A stretch of DNA of 64,000 nucleotides, from positions 6,752 through 70,751 of the forward strand of contig CAMBKU010000002.1 of the NCBI GenBank assembly GCA_945868305.1, written 5' to 3'. The notes below the pieces were generated by a model. The model saw only the letters and a list, made by a program, of their open reading frames with translations, ran no database searches and was not told where the DNA came from. Positions 28,501 to 37,390 of the stretch are shown piece after piece (the stretch's first letter is position 1; each line of letters begins with the position of its first letter). The DNA comes from an uncultured Lachnospiraceae bacterium. Its GTDB lineage: Bacteria; Bacillota; Clostridia; Lachnospirales; Lachnospiraceae. Position numbers and translations under genes: made by a program.

Positions 28501-28648
28501 GATTTTCATAAGTCACTGATACATTTGCAGTATTCTTCTTATAAACATCCGTAACCGATTCCGTCCGGCTTTCCGCTGTCTGAACCTTTCCTTTTATCTC
28601 CACCCCGTCCTTTGAGGTAATATCCAGAATATTTTTTTCAATTCTCAT
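25538..28648 (-). CDS. Large acidic flagellar-associated protein (DUF6240-like) with FliK-like C-terminal domain
   Basis: Start at 28648 after GGAGG; C-terminal VNITFETDSLGKVAAELK..GYIASD..TTDFL resembles the Flg_hook domain; sigma28 promoter; repeated LPVTEDN/LTAENI motifs. Confidence 0.65.
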   Translation of the reverse strand: MRIEKNILDITSKDGVEIKGKVQTAESRTESVTDVYKKNTANVSVTYENPAEEGKGTIEDVMTQAGALDATLMKNEMLFAGNSATSKDCAEAEDEGFSLYGTEVETIVTVTDKMKMQLAKAGVDVSCMGDGLSEEVLTEITGNAGLAAQIAESLKQADLPVTEDNLTEATEAVAQAENMKELSDGAVKYMLDNELPPTIENLYKAEYSGSASYSAPSDAGIDYEAMQSQIENIIGQAGLSVNTETLGYAHFMLQNDIALTAENIGYLEKLKAVEFPIDRMEVLCAITAAIAEGNRPKDAMLISGYSMKDMAEAAVDVIEKATEQDVTKVVSAGMELTIKNLALAEKQNALADQDEQSGDAYKEVFAQMEQETVSDTEIALVTAKRQLEETRLAMTAKANYALLKQGISIDTVPLAELVEELKNVENNYYKNLLEQGGAAATAENIKMFADTVDVVGELKTMPAYTLGIRSVDISTLNGLHNAGSVLEETMKRANESYETLMTAPRRDLGDSITKAFRNVDDILTDLDMETSENNERAVRILAYNSLDITEDSIEQMKAADAEVQRAFKNLSPAVVREMIKTGVNPLDMDIAELNRKAEEIKNNLNNDDSERFSEYLWKLEQNNAISEDEREAYIGIYRLLNQVEKTDGAVIGALVEQGVEVTMRNLLTGVRSMKHRNMDVSVDDSFGTMEELTETGKSITAQIEKVYQTNCAKSALDLLTPEAMRTVMKETNPADMTPEQLLEQLRNAEVPKEERESYVREQQSDMVTCMKASEEVYQMLADYDIPNTMYHILAAQEYLENRNGAFRKLFSEPWKNDEKDTDIEAAKAEMLRKYGEAVKTPEEMKKAEEELEKTAENVMNTMLVDHANVTSMRVKEMKLMRTQIELGGMMAKNETYAIPILIQNEITSVHLRVIRGEAEKGLVNITFETDSLGKVAAELKASTEGISGYIASDREETTDFLRENAAAIEEAVGVAAGENGNGEKAALDFVTSDTLDLNRFERKNAVKQEGEKELAKIQTTSLYAMAKNFLEVVKSL

Positions 28649-28696
28649 ACTATGCCTCCGCATCTTTATTCGCATCTGCGAGCTATACTAATATTT

Positions 28697-28724
28697 ATGT
28701 CGGTGAAAATGAGTAAAAACTTTA
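28697..28724 (-). promoter_or_regulatory. sigma28 promoter of DUF6240-like gene
   Basis: TAAA-N16-ACCGACAT. Confidence 0.65.
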
Positions 28725-28772
28725 GCCTTCTATTTTTCACAGCCCCCATAATACCCAAACTTTGCGAAAAAA

Positions 28773-28807
28773 GCTCCTGCAGTCTTGAAAACCAAAACTG
28801 CAGGAGC
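28773..28807 (-). terminator. Terminator after glgB
   Basis: 11-bp inverted repeat GCTCCTGCAGT/ACTGCAGGAGC followed by T6 on the minus strand. Confidence 0.8.
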
Positions 28808-28831
28808 CAATTTTTTATCAGTTCTTTTAAT

Positions 28832-30733
28832 TTAATAAGAGAATACTGCCACTCCATATCCTGGCAACGGATAAGCAATAGAATATTCCTTTCCATCACA
28901 CTCTGACAACTCCGCTTTATAGGAAACCGGTCGTTTCTCGCCGGAACCACCAAATGCTACGTCATCGCTGTTTAATACCAGCTTATAAGTCTTTTGTTTC
29001 GGAACACCCACACGGTAATCGTCCCGTGCCACCGGTGTAAAATTACATACGAACAGCAGATTATTCTTGCCATTTTTGCTCTTGCGGACAAAGCTGAAAA
29101 TGCTTCGTTCCGCATCGTTGGCATTAATCCATTCAAATCCGTCCCAATCGATATCATTCTCATACATGCACGGATTTTTCTTATATAGATGAAGAAGCGC
29201 CTTCACAAAATTCTGCAAATGTTTATGTCTGGGATCATCTAACAAATACCAGTCTAATTCCCGTTCTTCACTCCACTCTCTGCTCTGTCCAAAATCCTGT
29301 CCCATAAACAGGAGCTTCTTTCCCTGATGTCCCATCATGAACGCATAACCAACCATCAGGTTTTTAAACTTATCATCCTCAAGACCAGGCATCTTATTTA
29401 ACATGGAGCATTTCAAATGTACTACTTCATCATGTGATAACACCAGGATATATTTCTCACTACTATTATAACTCATGGCAAAGGTCATCTTATTATGATT
29501 GCCCTTTCGGAAATACGGATCAAGTTTCATATAATCCAGAAAATCATGCATCCATCCCATGTTCCATTTATAACTGAAATTGAGACCGCCTTTTTCTGCT
29601 GGTCCTGTTACCATAGGCCATGCTGTGGATTCCTCGGCAATCATAACCGCCCCCTGATTTCTTCCCGTCACCAGGGTATTGATATGACGGAAAAATTCAA
29701 TCGCTTCCAGATTTTTATTTTCGCCATACTGGTTTGGAACCCACTGTCCCGCCTGTTTGCCATAATCCAGATAAAGCATGGATGCAACAGCATCGACACG
29801 CAGTCCATCCACATGGTAATGCTCCACCCAAAGCAGGGCACTGCCAATCAGAAAGTTCTTGACCTGCGGTTTCCCGTAGTCGAAAATCTTTGTTCCCCAG
29901 TCTGGGTGCTCTCCTTTTCTTGGATCCGCGTATTCATAGAGCGGCTGTCCGTCAAAATCTGCAAGACCATGGGCGTCCCGCGGAAAATGTGCCGGCACCC
30001 AGTCTAAAATAACACCGATTTTATTCTTGTGCAGATAATTAACCAGATACATGAAGTCTTCCGGTGTTCCATAACGGGAAGTCGGCGCAAAATATCCTGT
30101 CACCTGATAACCCCAGGAGCCGTCATACGGGTATTCCGCAATCCCCATCAGTTCTACATGCGTATAGCCCATTTCCTTCACATAAGCTGTCAGGGAACGC
30201 GCAAAATCCCGGTAAGAATAAAAACCTTCATCTTCTCTGCCAGGATGCCGCATCCAAGAGCCCGGATGTACCTCGTAAATCGACATCGGCTTCGAATAGA
30301 CATCCTTTGTTGCGGCACGCTGCTTCATCCACGCATCATCTGTCCACTGGAAATGCATAATATCTGCAATGGCAGATGCCGTTCCCGGTCTTTTTTCCGC
30401 ATAGTTCGCATATGGATCAGCCTTATAAAGCTTATCCCCGCCCGGTGTTATAATCAGATATTTATACAAATCGCCGCATTTTGCACTCGGGATAAAGCAG
30501 GCATAAATTCCTGCCTCCTGTGGCTCCAAGCGTTCCATCTCATTTGCATCCTCACTCCAACCGTTAAATGTTCCAATCACATATACCTTCGCCGCATGCG
30601 GTGCCCACACCTGAAATAAAACACCCTTTACCCCATCTTCTTCCGTCAGATGTGCCCCCATCTGCTTATAAATCTCATAATGCGTTCCCTGTCCAAAATA
30701 ATACATATCCAGTTCTTTGAATTTTCCCGCCAT
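28832..30733 (-). CDS. glgB: 1,4-alpha-glucan branching enzyme
   Basis: VWAPHA, IYEVH.GSW, SWGYQ, DWVPAHFP, GLRVDAVASM, AEEST, LSHDEVVH. Confidence 0.95.
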   Translation of the reverse strand: MAGKFKELDMYYFGQGTHYEIYKQMGAHLTEEDGVKGVLFQVWAPHAAKVYVIGTFNGWSEDANEMERLEPQEAGIYACFIPSAKCGDLYKYLIITPGGDKLYKADPYANYAEKRPGTASAIADIMHFQWTDDAWMKQRAATKDVYSKPMSIYEVHPGSWMRHPGREDEGFYSYRDFARSLTAYVKEMGYTHVELMGIAEYPYDGSWGYQVTGYFAPTSRYGTPEDFMYLVNYLHKNKIGVILDWVPAHFPRDAHGLADFDGQPLYEYADPRKGEHPDWGTKIFDYGKPQVKNFLIGSALLWVEHYHVDGLRVDAVASMLYLDYGKQAGQWVPNQYGENKNLEAIEFFRHINTLVTGRNQGAVMIAEESTAWPMVTGPAEKGGLNFSYKWNMGWMHDFLDYMKLDPYFRKGNHNKMTFAMSYNSSEKYILVLSHDEVVHLKCSMLNKMPGLEDDKFKNLMVGYAFMMGHQGKKLLFMGQDFGQSREWSEERELDWYLLDDPRHKHLQNFVKALLHLYKKNPCMYENDIDWDGFEWINANDAERSIFSFVRKSKNGKNNLLFVCNFTPVARDDYRVGVPKQKTYKLVLNSDDVAFGGSGEKRPVSYKAELSECDGKEYSIAYPLPGYGVAVFSY

Positions 30734-30754
30734 GTAAAAGCCCCCTTTATCGCT

Positions 30755-33451
30755 TTATTCGTCAAAATCTTTTTCGCGCAGTGCGATATAATCATCTTCC
30801 GTATATCTCCGGGAAGTAATGATGTCAAACATTTTCTTTAGACCGCCCTTTTCAGCCCGGGCAATTGCCTCATCTACAATCTCCTTCACCTCTGTGAGAT
30901 TAGTTGGCTCATCCAGTCTCTGGATGTTGCTGATACGATTATAAAGTGCAAGCGTCGCCATTTCATCAATATCATAGCCAAGCTCGTTTGCATACGCCTT
31001 TGCAAACGCCACCAACTCATCGCTGGTAAAAATCGGTATTACAACCTTCTCCGTGAATTTTGCTGCAAAGCCTTCGTCTCTGCCGAGCGCTTTCTTAATC
31101 CCTTCTTTCGTATCTTCCATGATAATCAGAATATCGCTCTCATCACTTGTCAAGCCAAGGGACAACCGCACCGCCGTCTCTCTTGAAATATCTCCGGCAT
31201 TTTCAATAATCAGACATCCTCCTGCAACTTTGCGCAAAAGCATCGGAATATCTTTCTGATTTAAGGATTTTCCCTCAATCTTTCCGATTCTGCCATTCGG
31301 TCTTCCTGTCTGTTTCTGCAATGCCTTCACCAGACTTGTGGCAAGAACCGTTTTTCCGCTTCCGTGGATTCCCTGAATCAGGATATGTCCAAATCCTCTG
31401 CCACTGTCAAAATGCTTCACGCATCCATACAGTGCACGGCTGACCTGCTCCTCCATTCCGTTAACCGGCATAAAGTAGGAAAACAGCTCCCGTTCCTCCT
31501 CGGAAAGCTCTGTCGGAATTTCTTCCTCAACAAGTGCATCTTCAAGCTTATCCTCGAGATCTGCATTCTCATCCAACTCTTCTTCCGATGCTTCAGAATA
31601 CTCTGACGTCAGGGCTTCTTCCAGTGCGTGATGCATCTCAGCTAAATCTGCTTCTGATACTTCTTCTGAAGTCTCCTCCCCGTCTGCTTCCTCTGATACT
31701 TCATCTTCTTCAAAAAATTCTTCCTCTGCATATGCCAAAGCCTCGTCCTCTGCTTCTTCCTCTGCATATATTTCTTCTTCAGCATATTCCTCATTTTCCT
31801 CAAAAAGCACCGCTTCCGAAGCATCAGCATCTTCCGACAATTCCACTTCTTCTGGCAGTTCGTCATCCTCAAAAGAGTTTTCTTCCGTATTCAGATCCTC
31901 GATGGAAGCTTCTTCTGTATCATCATAATCTTCTTCATCATCCTCTAAAAGATCATCTTCATCCTGGAAAAAGGTACGCTTCATAAATGCTTCCAGACTC
32001 GGTATCCGCTTGGTCGGCTGAACCATTTTTTTCGCAAGCTGTTCTTCCCGTGACTCTTTCGCTTCTTCCTTTTTCTGCTGGAGAATCTCATCAAGTCCCT
32101 CTGTCGTGTTCTTTACCTTCTCAATCTTCTGCTGGAGAATCTGATTCATATTGGCAACCAACTGGCCTGCCGCTTCCTCTGCATCTTCCGCTCCGTTTTT
32201 ATATTCTCTTTCCAGCAACTCCTTGGGTGTATATCCTGCATCCAGTTCCGGAACGATATCTTTCAAGCGCTCCATGATCTCCTCAGTTTCCTTAAGCGCC
32301 TTCTTTCTGGCAGCCTCCAGCTTACGCTGCTCGGCTTCCTGCATGGCAAGCTCCGCAGCATGTTTGGTCTTTTCCCATTCTTCAAGCACATCGGAAATAC
32401 TCATCTGCCCGGTAATCTGGCGCTCAATCATAGCACGCTCCGGCACATTCAGACTCATCTGTCCTCCCGGTTCTTCACCCAGCATCTCCTGAAAATTAAT
32501 CTTTAAAGAGCCATCAATTTCTTCATCTGTCTCGATATGTCCGTACTTTTCTTCTTTTTCCTCCCGTTCTTCTTTCGTCTCCTCCCTGGGAATCTGAAGG
32601 TACGGAATATCCTCTACCATTTTTTTTATGCTATCCATGGTATCGGAAACTGTTTCTTTTTCTGTTGCATCCATAATCTGCTGCATACTCTTTGCAAGCT
32701 CCTGCTGCAGGTTAATGGTATTAAACTTCTCCGTATTCGTCGTCACTTTAGGAATCTGCACTGTTTCAGCAACAATCTCACCGGATGCCAAATCCTCATC
32801 CTGATGTACCATAAGGACGCCTTCCTGTTCACTTTTTGCCCTGCAGATAGCCCGGTATTTTTCTTCCTGCTGCTTATTTAACGGCTGATAAAGCATTTTT
32901 AACTCCAATGCTTTTTCAACATAAATACCGTCTCCGAACCATAACACCAGTTCATCGCAGGCGTCAATACACTTGTCACTCATTCCCGCCTGATGGTAAA
33001 GATGAGCCAGCTCAAATGCCCATTTTTCTGTGTATTCCTGCTCTTTCAACTCCTCTAATATCTTAATCTGTTCTGTAACAGGTTCTCCCTGTTCCTTACA
33101 AAGCTTATATCGCAGAACATATTTCAAATTATCGTGTGGCGCAATTTCCACAAATTCGTCGTAATAATCCTTTGCTTCGTCAAAATTATGCGTATGAATG
33201 GCAAGCTCTGCCAGACGGTAAATGATTGTCCTTCCAATCGGCGACCGGTCATATGCCATAAGCAGTACATCCCGGCTGTCCTCGTAACGCTCCATCTGAC
33301 TATATATCTCACTGGCAAGCACCAGGGAATTTACGTTTTTTACTTTTCTCCAGTTAATGGTGTCCGCAATTTCTTCAGCTTCTTCGTAATTTCCCGCTCC
33401 CGCCAGACTTTTCATTTCGTCCAACTTCAGTTTATATTCATATTTGTCCAA
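30755..33451 (-). CDS. TPR repeat protein with acidic linker and C-terminal AAA+-like domain
   Basis: Helical TPR-like N-terminus; E/D-rich middle; QGIHGSGKT Walker A, CLIIENAG Walker-B-like. Confidence 0.75.
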   Translation of the reverse strand: MDKYEYKLKLDEMKSLAGAGNYEEAEEIADTINWRKVKNVNSLVLASEIYSQMERYEDSRDVLLMAYDRSPIGRTIIYRLAELAIHTHNFDEAKDYYDEFVEIAPHDNLKYVLRYKLCKEQGEPVTEQIKILEELKEQEYTEKWAFELAHLYHQAGMSDKCIDACDELVLWFGDGIYVEKALELKMLYQPLNKQQEEKYRAICRAKSEQEGVLMVHQDEDLASGEIVAETVQIPKVTTNTEKFNTINLQQELAKSMQQIMDATEKETVSDTMDSIKKMVEDIPYLQIPREETKEEREEKEEKYGHIETDEEIDGSLKINFQEMLGEEPGGQMSLNVPERAMIERQITGQMSISDVLEEWEKTKHAAELAMQEAEQRKLEAARKKALKETEEIMERLKDIVPELDAGYTPKELLEREYKNGAEDAEEAAGQLVANMNQILQQKIEKVKNTTEGLDEILQQKKEEAKESREEQLAKKMVQPTKRIPSLEAFMKRTFFQDEDDLLEDDEEDYDDTEEASIEDLNTEENSFEDDELPEEVELSEDADASEAVLFEENEEYAEEEIYAEEEAEDEALAYAEEEFFEEDEVSEEADGEETSEEVSEADLAEMHHALEEALTSEYSEASEEELDENADLEDKLEDALVEEEIPTELSEEERELFSYFMPVNGMEEQVSRALYGCVKHFDSGRGFGHILIQGIHGSGKTVLATSLVKALQKQTGRPNGRIGKIEGKSLNQKDIPMLLRKVAGGCLIIENAGDISRETAVRLSLGLTSDESDILIIMEDTKEGIKKALGRDEGFAAKFTEKVVIPIFTSDELVAFAKAYANELGYDIDEMATLALYNRISNIQRLDEPTNLTEVKEIVDEAIARAEKGGLKKMFDIITSRRYTEDDYIALREKDFDE

Positions 33452-33524
33452 AATATGTCACCTCAAAATCTGCTATTCAACCAGAAAATACCATATAGCG
33501 AAAGTACCCCTGATTATTGATTTC

Positions 33525-33553
33525 AGTGTAACATAACAGGTGCCTTCTGTCAA
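33525..33553 (-). promoter_or_regulatory. sigmaA promoter of TPR-AAA gene
   Basis: TTGACA-N17-TACACT with extended TG. Confidence 0.65.
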
Positions 33554-33646
33554 AAACAACTGCACCGAAAAACGACAAAACTTCCTTCCATTTTATAAAT
33601 AAAAAAAGGACAAAAAATCTTTTTCGATTTTTCATCCTTTTTTATT

Positions 33647-34963
33647 TTATGATTCTTCTTTTTTCTTTTTTGGCTTTAATTCTCCATACTTCATCTCATT
33701 GGTCTTTACATCAATATCCGACAGCATGATATATGCTTCGGTCTGTTCCGGCAATTTCCGTTTCCGTAGAAAATAATTAACGATATTCTGTACAATGTAG
33801 TAAATTACGGCAAACGTCGGAACTCCTAATATCATTCCAGCCACACCGAACATTCCACCACCAATCAGAATCGCAAATACCACCCAGAACGAAGACAGCC
33901 CCGTAGAATCTCCGAGAATCTTCGGTCCAATAATATTTCCGTCAACCTGCTGCAATATAATGATAAAAATCAAAAAATACAGTCCCTGAATCGGATTTGC
34001 CAGTGCAATAATAATGAAACTCGGAATCGCTCCGATATATGGTCCGAAAAACGGAATAATGTTGGTCACACCCACAATTACTGATACCAGAATGGTATAC
34101 GGCATGTGCATGAGCAAAAGCACGAAATAACAGATAACGCCGATAATCGCTGAATCCAGAATTTTTCCGGTAATAAATCCGCCAAAAATCTGATTACTCT
34201 TGCGGATTGTCTGTACAATGATATTTCCGCGCTCCGGCTTAAAAACCGCATAAATAAGCTTTTTGGACTGACCAACGAACTTTTCTTTTTCCATCAGAAC
34301 ATATACGGAAATAATCAGCCCAATAATCGTATTAAATAAAAGTTTCACTATGGATATCACACCGCTGGTAATAGACGCAAGATAAGTAGTTGCCTGCGGC
34401 AGTACATCTGACTTAAACCAGTTTTCAAGATAACTGGTAACTCTGGTCAGCGTTTCACTCATGAATTTCGCTGTGTCTTTATCTCCCTTAAACTGGGTGT
34501 TAATCCAGTCAGACAACGCCTGAATCTCCTCCGGCAGCGAAGCAAACACTCCAGTAATGCTTTGCAGCAGCTGTGGAATAATCATCATAAGAAGCGCATA
34601 TACGATAAAAACTAACACGAGAAGCGCTCCGGCAATACCAAGCCCCCTCGAAATCTTCCATATTTTCTTTTCACTCTTGATATGCTTTCTTAAAAACTTT
34701 TTCAGATGCTGCTCAAAAAACATCATAATCGGATTCATAAGGTAGGCCACCACCAGCCCTATGATGATTGGCTGCAGCACTTTCATCAGTTTTTTCCAGA
34801 CAGAAGCAAATCCATTATAGCGATAAATCAGAAAAAATACGACGATACAGCAGCAAAACACGATAAATGTCAACAATGCAATTGCCAGATACGGCTTTAT
34901 ATTCCAGTCTGCCTTGTCTCTTGACCGCTGTCCCTGTGGATTTTTCTTCTCCTGTTCCTCCAT
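33647..34963 (-). CDS. AI-2E family transporter
   Basis: AYLMNP, GVTNIIPFFGPYIG, QQVDGNIIGPKILG, GMILGVP. Confidence 0.9.
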   Translation of the reverse strand: MEEQEKKNPQGQRSRDKADWNIKPYLAIALLTFIVFCCCIVVFFLIYRYNGFASVWKKLMKVLQPIIIGLVVAYLMNPIMMFFEQHLKKFLRKHIKSEKKIWKISRGLGIAGALLVLVFIVYALLMMIIPQLLQSITGVFASLPEEIQALSDWINTQFKGDKDTAKFMSETLTRVTSYLENWFKSDVLPQATTYLASITSGVISIVKLLFNTIIGLIISVYVLMEKEKFVGQSKKLIYAVFKPERGNIIVQTIRKSNQIFGGFITGKILDSAIIGVICYFVLLLMHMPYTILVSVIVGVTNIIPFFGPYIGAIPSFIIIALANPIQGLYFLIFIIILQQVDGNIIGPKILGDSTGLSSFWVVFAILIGGGMFGVAGMILGVPTFAVIYYIVQNIVNYFLRKRKLPEQTEAYIMLSDIDVKTNEMKYGELKPKKKKEES

Positions 34964-34979
34964 AGCAATCCCCTTTCAC

Positions 34980-37265
34980 TTAACCTTTGTAATAATTGAT
35001 CAAACAGCCTTTCAAGATAATTGTTCTCTCGTCCTCGGTCAGTTCACCCATCTGCAAAGTAAACGGAACAAGTGCTCCGTTCTTTACAACGAATGCCGGA
35101 ATTTCTGTCTTTTTCTGCTCTACCGCGCTTCTGATATCCGGTACAAACAGATAATCTCCGTTTGTAAACGGAAGTTCTCCCTCCGGAATAATAAACGGAA
35201 GCATACCCCAGTTAATCAGATTAGAACGATAACGCTTGGTCGCATATTCATTTGCGATATTAGCCCATCCTCCTAATACTTTCTGACAGGATGCTGCCTG
35301 CTCACGAGCAGAACCATCTCCCGGTTTCACGGCAAAAATCGTGCTTCCTACACCGAGATTGTCTTTTGTCACATTTGTGTATTCTTTCCTGATTGTTTCA
35401 AGAACAGGCGCAATTTCCGCAAAGCCTTCTTCCGGAGTTTTTCCTTCCTCTATTGCTTTCTGCGCTTTCTGTACCTCTTTTGCACGACCCACATATGCCG
35501 GATCCTTTCTGGAAAGAGCAAATTCTGCAAGTCCAAGCGGATTAGAACGGAAGGAAGATGTCTCACCGGAAGGAATCAGCTCATCTGTGGTAGTAACCGG
35601 ATCGTGGATTTCCGAAACAACTTTTAAAACCATGTTTTCCGGCAGTGCACTCATCGCAGGCCAGTCCTTAATATTCGGACCAAACTGGATTTCTACAGAC
35701 GGATCTGCAACACCCTTGGAATCAAAAACACGGTTCTCATAAATGGTCTTATCGAAGAAATATTTCGGTTTCGTGTAATTTACATCCATATCTGCCGCAG
35801 AAGTTAAAATTCCCTGGTTTGCCGCAGTTGCAGCGATGGAACGTGCATCCATCAACGCTACAGAAGCCACCTGACCATTCTGTACTTTAGAACCTTCACG
35901 ATTCGGGAAGTTTCTTGTGGAATGACGAATGGAAAATGCATTATTAGCCGGTGTATCGCCTGCCCCAAAGCACGGACCACAGAAAGCCGTTTTGACGATT
36001 GCTCCGGTTTCCATAAGCGTTGCCACCGCACCGTTTTTCACCAGTTCCATATAAACCGGTGTACTTGCCGGATATACACTTAATGTAAATTCATTGGCGC
36101 CAATAGAGCTTCCCCTTAAAATATCTGCTGCATCACAGATATTTTCAAATCCGCCTCCGGCACATCCAGCGATAATACCCTGGTCTACATATAATTTTCC
36201 GTTTCTTACTTTGCTCTTTAAATCAAGCTTAACGGCACCATCGAAGCTGACCTCTGCGCGTTTCTCACAATCATCTAAAATATCTAAAAGGTTCGCATTT
36301 AACTCATCAATCGTGTAGGTATTGCTCGGATGGAACGGCATGGCAATCATCGGTTTGATCGTGCTTAGATCAATCTCGATCATTCCATCATAATATGCTA
36401 CTTTGCCCGGATTTAACTCTTTATATTCCTCAACTCTGCCATGAATATCATAAAATTCTCTTACTTTTTCATCCGTCTGCCAGATGGAAGAAAGGCAGGT
36501 AGTCTCCGTCGTCATAACATCCACGCCGATACGATAATCTACGCTCAAGTTAGAAACGCCCGGTCCAACAAATTCCATAACTTTATTCTTTACATAACCG
36601 CGGTCGAATACTTCACCGATAATGGCAAGCGCAATATCCTGCGGTCCTACGCCCTTCGACGGAGTTCCTGTCAGATATACGCCTACAACGCCCGGCATGT
36701 TGATGTCATATGTCTTATTTAATAACTGCTTTACTAATTCCGGTCCGCCTTCGCCCACTGCCATTGTTCCGAGAGCTCCGTAACGGGTATGGGAATCAGA
36801 ACCCAAAATCATCTTGCCGCCGCCTGCAAGCATTTCTCTTGCATACTGATGGATAACAGCCTGATGAGGCGGTACATAAACGCCACCGTATTTCTTTGCG
36901 CAGGTCAGTCCAAACATATGGTCATCTTCGTTAATCGTTCCACCTACCGCACACAAGCTGTTGTGGCAGTTTGTCAGCACATAGGGAATCGGGAATTTTT
37001 CCAGTCCGGATGCTCTTGCCGTCTGAATGATTCCAACGAAGGTAATATCATGGGAAGTCAGCTTATCGAACTTAATCTGCAGCTTCTCCATATTGCCGGA
37101 TGTATTGTGTTCCTTTAAAATACCGTAGGCGATGGTATTTTTTGCCGCTTCACTGCTGCTCACCGCTTCACCGGTTTTGCTTTTTACAATCTCCGCAGCA
37201 TCCCTGCCATCTTCTACGAGTTCCGTACCATTAATCAGGTACACGCCATTGTCGTATAATTTCAT
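34980..37265 (-). CDS. Aconitase-family hydratase (YbhJ-like)
   Basis: [53 protein letters not shown]; start 37265 after AGGAGG. Confidence 0.88.
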   Translation of the reverse strand: MKLYDNGVYLINGTELVEDGRDAAEIVKSKTGEAVSSSEAAKNTIAYGILKEHNTSGNMEKLQIKFDKLTSHDITFVGIIQTARASGLEKFPIPYVLTNCHNSLCAVGGTINEDDHMFGLTCAKKYGGVYVPPHQAVIHQYAREMLAGGGKMILGSDSHTRYGALGTMAVGEGGPELVKQLLNKTYDINMPGVVGVYLTGTPSKGVGPQDIALAIIGEVFDRGYVKNKVMEFVGPGVSNLSVDYRIGVDVMTTETTCLSSIWQTDEKVREFYDIHGRVEEYKELNPGKVAYYDGMIEIDLSTIKPMIAMPFHPSNTYTIDELNANLLDILDDCEKRAEVSFDGAVKLDLKSKVRNGKLYVDQGIIAGCAGGGFENICDAADILRGSSIGANEFTLSVYPASTPVYMELVKNGAVATLMETGAIVKTAFCGPCFGAGDTPANNAFSIRHSTRNFPNREGSKVQNGQVASVALMDARSIAATAANQGILTSAADMDVNYTKPKYFFDKTIYENRVFDSKGVADPSVEIQFGPNIKDWPAMSALPENMVLKVVSEIHDPVTTTDELIPSGETSSFRSNPLGLAEFALSRKDPAYVGRAKEVQKAQKAIEEGKTPEEGFAEIAPVLETIRKEYTNVTKDNLGVGSTIFAVKPGDGSAREQAASCQKVLGGWANIANEYATKRYRSNLINWGMLPFIIPEGELPFTNGDYLFVPDIRSAVEQKKTEIPAFVVKNGALVPFTLQMGELTEDERTIILKGCLINYYKG

Positions 37266-37339
37266 AATTCTTCCTCCTGAATATGTAAGCAAAATCGGCG
37301 GTGACCGCGTCACCGCCGACAAAGTTATCCTTGTCACAC

Positions 37340-37368
37340 ATTATATATGAACTTTTTTCACTTGACAA
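37340..37368 (-). promoter_or_regulatory. sigmaA promoter of hydratase gene
   Basis: TTGTCA-N17-TATAAT. Confidence 0.65.
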
Positions 37369-37390
37369 GTACATTACTGCACGAATCTGT

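Noticed and set aside
33566-33577. CGAAAAACGACA resembling the motif at the tad promoter or Spo0A boxes
   Set aside because: Opposite orientation relative to transcription and mismatched to TGNCGAA; could be chance.
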